Part shown: positions 19,675 through 28,600 of the stretch, piece after piece
Layout of the letters: the number at the start of each line of letters is the position of its first letter
How positions within the stretch are numbered: the stretch's first letter is position 1
From: Bacteroidia bacterium
GTDB taxonomy: Bacteria > Bacteroidota > Bacteroidia > M30B66
Direction of reading: 5' to 3'
Length of the DNA: 64,000 bases
NCBI GenBank assembly: GCA_965279035.1
Contig: OZ257142.1
Location: 2,368,001 to 2,432,000 of the forward strand
Made by a program: the position numbers and the translations under genes
The notes under the pieces: generated by a model
Seen by the model: only the letters and a program-made list of their open reading frames with translations
The model's database searches: none
What the model was told of the DNA's origin: nothing

Positions 19675-22600
19675 TTAACGTTTTATGATCGACCGGCTTC
19701 CGGTTAATTCGATTTTTTTATCGTTCGAAATATTCAAATGATAAGCACCTGGAGGAAGAGCTGAAACATCTAGTTTAACAACATTACTTCCTTTCGACAT
19801 TCTCACTTTTTGAGAAAATAATATTTGACCGGAAGAGCTGAACAAATTCATGTTAACTTCCATTGCTTCCGAAGCTTGAATGGTCACATTGGCAATATCC
19901 ACAGCAGGATTTGGCATGATGCTCACTTCATTGCTTAAACTCTTCTCACAGTTAACGAATATAGGATCAAACGTTCTTGAATTTCCGTTAAAGTCAACTT
20001 GAGTAAGTCTATAATAGCTACCTTCAGAATAGTTTGATGAAACTGTTTCAGAATAGTTTTTATTGGTAGTACTATTTCCAGCACCTTGAACCGTTTTCAC
20101 AGTTAACCATTGTTTAGCATCAGGACTTTCCTCTAAAAAGAAGAGTTTATTATTTAATTCCGAAGCAGTTGACCAATTCAAATTAATCATTGAGCCATTA
20201 CAAATTCCATCAAAGCTTACCAGTGAGATTGGTAATGCATTGTTTGTTTTAGAACCACCAGTCCAGGTTGAGAATTGAGGAATGTTTGTTTTTACAAGTT
20301 GATTATTTAATGCATCCAGGGTAGCAAACTGTACATTCCAATATGCGCCATCGAATCTCCATAAATCAATTTCGGTTTCGAGGATTGAACCTAATTGTGT
20401 GTTCAATTCATCATCATAATAATTGAATTTAAGTGTTGCATCCAAATTGGAATTATTGGTTGGATGAATTTCATAATAGCGATTCATTCCAAAACCAGCA
20501 TTATAAACTTGTTGCTGATTTCCTCTAATGATTGTAGTAGTTCCAAAGTTTTCTGTTGAGGTAATTTCAGCACCTAATCCACCAACATTTAATGCATTTG
20601 GAGCATTAATAGCACGTTGCAAAGTGATTGTCCCTGTTGTTCCGAAAATTCGATTAGAGTTTGTTTCACCAATGACATTTCCAGAACTACTTAAATCAAG
20701 TATTTTAGTTGTTAGATCTATATCTCCACTCAACATACTTAATGTACCATTTACTTGAATGTTTTCATTCAGAATAAGAGCCAATGTTGGATCAGCTTTA
20801 TTAATAATTAAATTGTTGAAAATCACACGAGCTAAAGAATTAATGCTGCTCGATTGAGAACCAAAAAAAGTAACTGATTCACTTCCCGGGAAAAACTGAC
20901 CTTGAACAGTAAAATCTCGACCTAATTCTAAATCTGCACCCGAGTGCATTGAAAATATAGCACCAGAAGCAACAGCTAAATGGCTCGAAACAATCAAATT
21001 ACCATCAAGTGCCCCAGAAGTTGAATTTATATTGAGTGTTCCACTTCCTAATATGGAAGCATTTGTTGATGTTATTGCACCATTAATATTCACTGTTTTT
21101 CCACTTCCTATGGTAACGGTTGTTCCAGAATATAGCGTTAGATTTTTACCTAAGCCATCAGCTCCTGTTGTTAAATTTGGTTGATTTGAAACCAAGCCAA
21201 TAACAATGTTATCGTTACTTCCAGGTATTGTATTTGGCAACCAATTATTTGCGTTATTCCATGCCGTGCTTGTAGCTCCTGTCCAAATAATTCCATTGAT
21301 AGCTTCTCCTAATTGAAATACTCCAAGTCCAGTTAAACCAGTTAATTGAGTATAGTTTAATTGAGGAGTTGCAGAACTTGCAATCATCCAAGTAGATCCA
21401 GTATAATAACCACCAGTGAATGAAAGTAGATTTGCAGAAACATCCAAATCGGCTGTGTTAAAATTCAGCTTCATACTAATACCTGTATAACCCGAAAGTG
21501 ATGTTGGAGTTAACGTCCATGTACGATTACATGATTTTAAATCATTAATTCCCGACAAATAAATATTTGCATGATCACCTGCATCTGTTCTTGCAAGAAT
21601 ATTTCCAGATCCAAGAATAGATCCTTGGAATGTTATCTCGGCAGGTGTATAATAATTATTATCACCAATTTCGAATAAAGAAGTTAGCGTTCCTGCAGGT
21701 AAATATTTTCGCAGATTTCCATTCACATAACTTGAAGTTGAGCCTCCAATTACTGTGCTTGAAACCGTCATTACCAATTCATTATTACCAGTTGAGAAAA
21801 TACCTTGTCCTAATGTGAGTTTATTGTTCACATAGATTGAACTGTAAAGTGTTTTAATTCCTGCAGTTGAGGTATTTAAGTGATAGAAGTTTGTTGATCC
21901 TGTAATATTTTGATTTGCACCACTCAACATAAACATTCCGGTTCCAGGAACATAGCCCGATAAACCAACAGAATTTGTCCAATTACCTAGCAAAGTAAGG
22001 TTTCTGTTACTCGCATTACTTACACTTCCAGCATTGATTGTAACATCACCATTAATTAATAAGTTCACGTTTGCTAAGCTTTTTGTACCAGCTCCTGAAA
22101 ACTTAATATGGTTATAGGTTGATTGAAGTGGAAGCAATGAAGATACTGTTGATGAATATTCAATTTCACCACCGGTATTGCTTGTAAATACAGAGAAATC
22201 ACCACCAGGAAAAATAAATTGATTTACACCATTGGGCGTTAATCGAACAGTTCCGGTTCCTGAAACAACTCCGAAATTATGTCCGCTGGTACTGTTCAGA
22301 TTCAATGTTCCATTAATAACAGCAACGGGTGATTGCAAATTAATATCACTCACTTGACAATTAATAGTATGACCAGCAGCAATAACAAAATTATTTGATG
22401 AAGGAGCTGTTGTACATGGAGGTCCAGCATGTTGTAAAGTAGCATCTGTTGACCATGAATTTAAATCCGACCAGTTTCCACCCAAGGTTGCATTACGACT
22501 AAAATAGGTTTGAATAGCACCAAATTCAGTTGATTCACCTGCAGTAAAATCACCCTTTATATAATTCACCGCGGTTAATGTGATTTTATCTGTTGCAGCA

Positions 22601-25600
22601 TTTACAGCTCCAGCAATTCCATTAATTGGTGTCCATTGATTATTGAAATAACGCCCTGCACGGTATTGAGTTTCATCACCATTAATTGCATCATTCGGGT
22701 GATAATTGTAAATATGAGTTGCGGTAACTGACGGCGATAAACCGGTTGAATTCACACTCCAGTAATATGTTAATTCTAAATTTAATGGATCCGTAGTAGC
22801 TGGGTGTTTTACAGAAATAGGAAGTACTGTAATGGTTCCTGCTATACTGTTGCTCGTTAAATTAATTGTAGCTGGAGTATATTTTAGTGTTGTACCAATA
22901 GGGAATGTGAAATTGGACGCTGAAGCAGGATATAGTTTTTTCACACCAGCATCCGAAATTACTCCATTAACACGAATCATATTGCTTGTATTCAATGTTC
23001 CTGAAATACTAGCATTGACACCTAATGTAAGCAGGTAATTGTTGATATAAAAAAGACCAGTAGTGAAATTTAAATTTCCATTTATTGTCAATGGAGCAGT
23101 TAATTCAACACCAGCAGCATTGAGCATATTCACATTTTGAAAGCTTGCATTTCCATTTCCACTTATTATTTGAGCAGATGTCCCCCCTAATACAAAATTC
23201 CCCGTTGTTGTTGTTGAATTCACATTCGTTAAAATATTTCCAACACTTGTAAATGTGTTATCTAAAATATTTAACGAACCAGAATTCATTGTTAAAGATC
23301 CATTCACACGCACATTACTAACTGAGGCTGTTAAATTAATTCCACCCGTTGGATACGTATTGGAAATAACCAGATTGGCAAAATTTAAAATATTCCCTGT
23401 AACACCAGTTATTGATTGATTGCTAGTTGATCCAGTAAGATAAGTAGTTTGAGCATTTGTACCAGCTTGATATCCTCCAACGCTAATTCCCGTTGAAGCA
23501 TTTGAATTTCTATTTATAATATTACCATTCACAGTAATATCCAATCCATTTGCTTTGAAAATTGAATTCCCATCAATGGTTAAATTATTTAAAAAGGTGG
23601 TTGGATTGGTGAGGTTATTTAGTGTTTTTGAGGTTGTAGTTCCATCAACAGTAAAGTTCCAAAATGGCGATGTAGATGTCATATCGAAATTCATCGCAGC
23701 ACCTGTATTTCCTGTACCAATTCTAACTTCACCACCAGTAATAGAATAGGATGCTGGATTTAAATAAATATCTCCAAACATGTTACTAGCCAAACCAGTT
23801 TTATCAATAATCAATAATGAATTTCCAGACATTGAAAAACTTGATCCGTCATTTAGAATTTCAAATTTTGCTCTATCTAAATTAAAACTACCCGATGCAT
23901 CCGGATTTTTACCTCGAACTAAAACTGTTGAATTGTCGGATTGAGAATATGTAAGTGCACCCTGTAAAGCATAAACACTTCGGCGAATTTGTCCGTTTAC
24001 ATTGAGTACACCATTGTTTTTTACCGAAATACTTGGAAAGTCGGTTGGTGAATATTCAATGTCGTTATGAGAAGAATAAGCAGAAGCTCCAACATTTACT
24101 GTTCCATCAATAATTTCAAGCCCTCCAGCAATAATTAAATCTGAACCACCTGTATTATTTTGACCAACGTTAACAATTGCTGCTGCATTATTTACTGATA
24201 ATTTTCCGTTTGATGGAATTGTATAGGACACATCACTTCCTGAAGTTAATGTAATAGTACTTCCTTTAGAAAAGCGGAAAGTTCCATTTGTAATTGAAAG
24301 CCAATTATCATTTGTCGCTGTAAGCGTTCCTAATAATGATGCATCAACAACAATGGTTTGAGAATTTCCTTTATTGATGATTAAATTATATAAATCGGTA
24401 ACTGCCGAAACGTTTGTTCCTAAAATATTGGCAGGTAAAGTCCCGAGTAAGCTAAGGCTTACATCACTTGCATTATTTAAATCGAGCGTTCCATTGTTTG
24501 TTAAATTCCCATAGATATTTAGGGAATGTACTATTGATCCACTTGAAGAAACATCGACTAATGCACCTGAAGCAATGGTTAAATTACCTGTTAAATTAAT
24601 TGTTTGAGCAAAAGAATTCTTAAATCGGAATCTTCCTCCATTGACAATTAAATCTCCTAAAATATTCATTGTTTTTGAGGATGCATCATTAACTGCGACG
24701 TCACTAGTCGTATTTGCTCCATTCACCGTTATATTCTGATAAATATCTAAATCAGAATTCGGTAAAGTAATTTGATAGGATGAAGTAGGTGCAACAATCA
24801 AATTTTTATATGATTGAATATTCATCGAAGTTGGAGAAGCAGTGACTGTTGGTATTGTATAATTTCCAGCTGTGGTATAATATTCTGTTGTTCCACCATT
24901 ATTCTGAAAAAATAATCCAAAATCACCTGCAGGAAATTCGGCTGTTGAAGAAGCCGAAGAAATTTTAATTTTTCCAGAACCACCGGCAGTAGAGTAGGGC
25001 AATGCACCGAAATTATTTCCGGTTGTAGTTCCTAAATCTAAAGTAGATCCCGCACCAATTAATAAACTTCCTGATACAGTCGCATTTGAAGTTACAGCTA
25101 CAGTATGATTATAGGTATTTCCATCACCAATAAATACAGGAACACTTGCAGTTGGAATTGTAGCTGAAGCTGTTCCTCCAAATCCTGAATTAGACCAAGT
25201 TGATGCTGTATTCCAATTTCCTGAAGTTCTACTGTAATAAGGTACAACAGTTCCGAATGCTGCAGGAATACCTGCTGTATAATCACCTTCAAGGAAATTA
25301 AAATTGTTAAAATAAATTACATTAAATGTTTCATCAACAGCATTCACATTATTAATTGTGGTATAGCTAATTGATTGAAAATTATAGTAACCTGGGATAT
25401 ACGTTGTATTATCAGCCAGATTTCCGTAATTAAACCACAGATTCGTTGTTCCTGCCGGAATTCCAGTGAATCCAGTTTGATTTACTTTCCAGTAATAATT
25501 AAAGCAATCGATGTTTGTTACATAAAGCTGGCGAGCAGTTACAGGACGTAAATCCAATGTTCCCCAAGTTACTGGAGCGGCTGTAAATGTTACAATTGCT

Positions 25601-28600
25601 GGTGTGTAACTTGTTCCAGTTCCAAATTGAAATGTAAAAGAAGTTGAAGCGACAGAATATGTTTTTTTCAAACCTCCATCAGATAAGAAACCTGAAGTTT
25701 TTATAAAACGATTTGAGCTGAAAGTACCTGGACTAGAGGTAATGGAACCAGAAGCCGTAAATGTCAGTTGATAATTAGCAATATTAAATAAACGATCAGT
25801 TGCCATATTAAAAACACCTGTAATCGTCATAGGATCGAGCATGTTTACTTGAACTGAACCTGCACTTCCATTGGTATTACTTATATCTAGATTTTGGAAA
25901 ATACCTGTACCACTTCCAGAAATAGATTGAGAGGATGTACTTGAATTTAATTGGATTTTTCCTGTTCCAGAATGAACACCAGAGTTAATAATATTTCCTT
26001 TGAAAGAAAGCGTTTTACCACCATCGGCAAGTGTTCCAGCTAGAATTGATAAATTTCCATTTGATGCAATAGTAGAAGCAGTTCCTGCAAATGTTAATGT
26101 AGTTCCTGATTTATCAACGGTAAGATTATTTAAACCCGTACCAATGGAACCTGAAACAGTAAATACCTGATTGGATGTACCATTAAACATGGTTGTATTT
26201 AACCCCGTTGTGTATGTTGTTCCATTTTGAATGGTATAATTACCACTACAAATAACATCATATCCATTTGCGTTTAATGCACCCGAATAGGTCGATGTTA
26301 CAAGATTAAGGTCATTTAAAACTGTTAAAGGATAAGCAGGTAAAGTTGATTGATTTGCAATATTTCCAGAATAAGACCATGTAATTGGAGCTATTCTAAC
26401 TGCTCCTGTTCCTGTAATTGTTTTAGCAATATTTAAATCCCAAAATGGAGCACGACTAGAAATGTCAAATCCATTATTTCCAGAGATATTAATATTTACT
26501 GTTCCTCCAATTACATCAATGTTTTGAGCTAAACTTCCAATCATGATTCCGCCATTCGGACAAAATGCCCCAACAGTATTTGCACGAGTAATATTTAAAA
26601 TACCACCCGACATTTTAAATACATTTTCGTTGTAAGGCAGAGAGAAAACGGCATAATATCCTTGCTCTGCTCCATTATCACCAGATAAAGTAACTGTTCC
26701 ACCTGATTGAATATAAGTACCACGGTGTGTTGCAGCAGTTACTGAAGTACGAATCATACGAGCATTAACCGTCCCTCCTTGAATGAGAATTAATCCTGAC
26801 TCACGGATAACAATTCCACCTTGTCCAGCTTGACAAGTAAGTGTACCTGATGTAATTTTCAATGTTCCATAAGGGACAATGGCTCCACTGGCATTGTATG
26901 TAATAGATGCTCCATCAATCCATAAAACGGGAAGTGAAGAAGGTGATCCTAAATCATAATTTCCACCACCGTTTCCAATCATTCGTGGAATGGTAATATT
27001 ATTTCCGAATCTTAGAATACCATTGTTATTTGCAACAAAGGTATTTCCATCACTTACAAAATTTAAAGTAGCTGTGGCAGCTGCAGTAACTGATAATTCA
27101 TAACCTGTAGCTTTGGTTGATTGAAATCCATACAAAGTTGTAGTACTGCCTGCATTACATGTTAAAGCAGTATTAGCATTGATTCCAAAGAAATAGATAT
27201 TTGCAGCTCCAGTTGTTGGTGCTGTATAATCGGCTGCATTGGTAAAATCAATGCTTCCACTATTTATTAAATTTCCATATACATTGATTGTGTGAATGGC
27301 ATTAAAACTTCCAATATTCCAAAATGAACCACTTGTTAATGATATATTTTTGTTGAAAGTTAAGGTTCGACTAGTTGCCGCACTTCCAATAGTAAATGTA
27401 TTATTTGCAGAACCTGTTTTATTCAATGAGAAGTTTCCATTTACCACTAAATCTGAATTTAATATTGTCACCGTATTGCTTGCGGTTGAATTATTAATTT
27501 CGAGATTATTATACGTTGTTTGTGTAGTTGATAAGGTTACAGGACTAGCTCCTAAATTGTAATATTCGATTGTACCACCTGTTGAACTTACAAATGACAA
27601 ATAATTTCCAGATGGAAGTGAAGTTGTTGTTAAACGCATTCTACCTTCACCAGCTATAGGGCCGAATGAATGTCCTGTAGATGCACCTAAATCTAATACT
27701 CCACCAGAATTAATCGTTACCGATCCAACCGTTCTTGAAACGGAAGTGGTAACAGTACGTCCATTTAAAATAATAACTTGATCACCTGCACCTGGTACCA
27801 TTGGACTAACCAAAGTATTTCCAGATGGATCAGTAGTCCAAGTATTTGCACTACTCCAGTCGCCCGATTGGTAAGAATATAAAGCTGCTCGAATTGTTGG
27901 ATCAACAGCTGTCCAAGAACCTGCTAAAAACGTATTATTATTTACGAAAAATGGGTTTGATCCAGGAGTACTTGGTGTTGATCCACCTGAACCAGCCGAA
28001 AGTGTTAATCCATCCCAAACACGAGGAACATATCCAGCAACAGATCCAATGACCTCAGAAGCATTAAAACTAAATTGCGCGTTAGCAGAAGTAACAGTAA
28101 TGTTTGCAGTTTCTATTTCCCAATATTTCGTTAAAGCATTATTGAAATAAGGCACATTGGGTTGTCTTGAAGCGACTGCTCGAATACTAATACTGGAAGT
28201 CCCTACAATGGTTCCAGTTAAAGAATTCAATTGATATGGTGTATAATATCCACCCGAACCAACTGGAAATAATCCGTTGGTATTCATTGAAGTTCTTAAT
28301 TGGGCTGTTGTAGTTCCTTCTTTAATTAAAACTCCTGTTCCTCCAGTGATAATATAACGTGTAGCACTGAATGTTCCAGTTAATGTTGCAGCAGAAGATA
28401 TTTTAAAATCATTATTACCAAGATTCAAATAATAATTTCCAGCTGCCGACATTGTGAGTGAATTCAATACTCTAACACCGCCAATAATTGATTTAATTCC
28501 TGATCCACCCAAAACCAAATTACGGTATGAAACTGAATTAAATATGGATTGATCTCCATTTCGTGTATAAGTAACAGAAGAGTTATTTGCATCTGTTGTT

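Noticed and set aside
9428-20240. Diversity-generating retroelement (template/variable repeat) explanation for the paired C-termini or Ig repeats
   Set aside because: No reverse transcriptase in the window, both copies are coding, and the differences are not adenine-specific.
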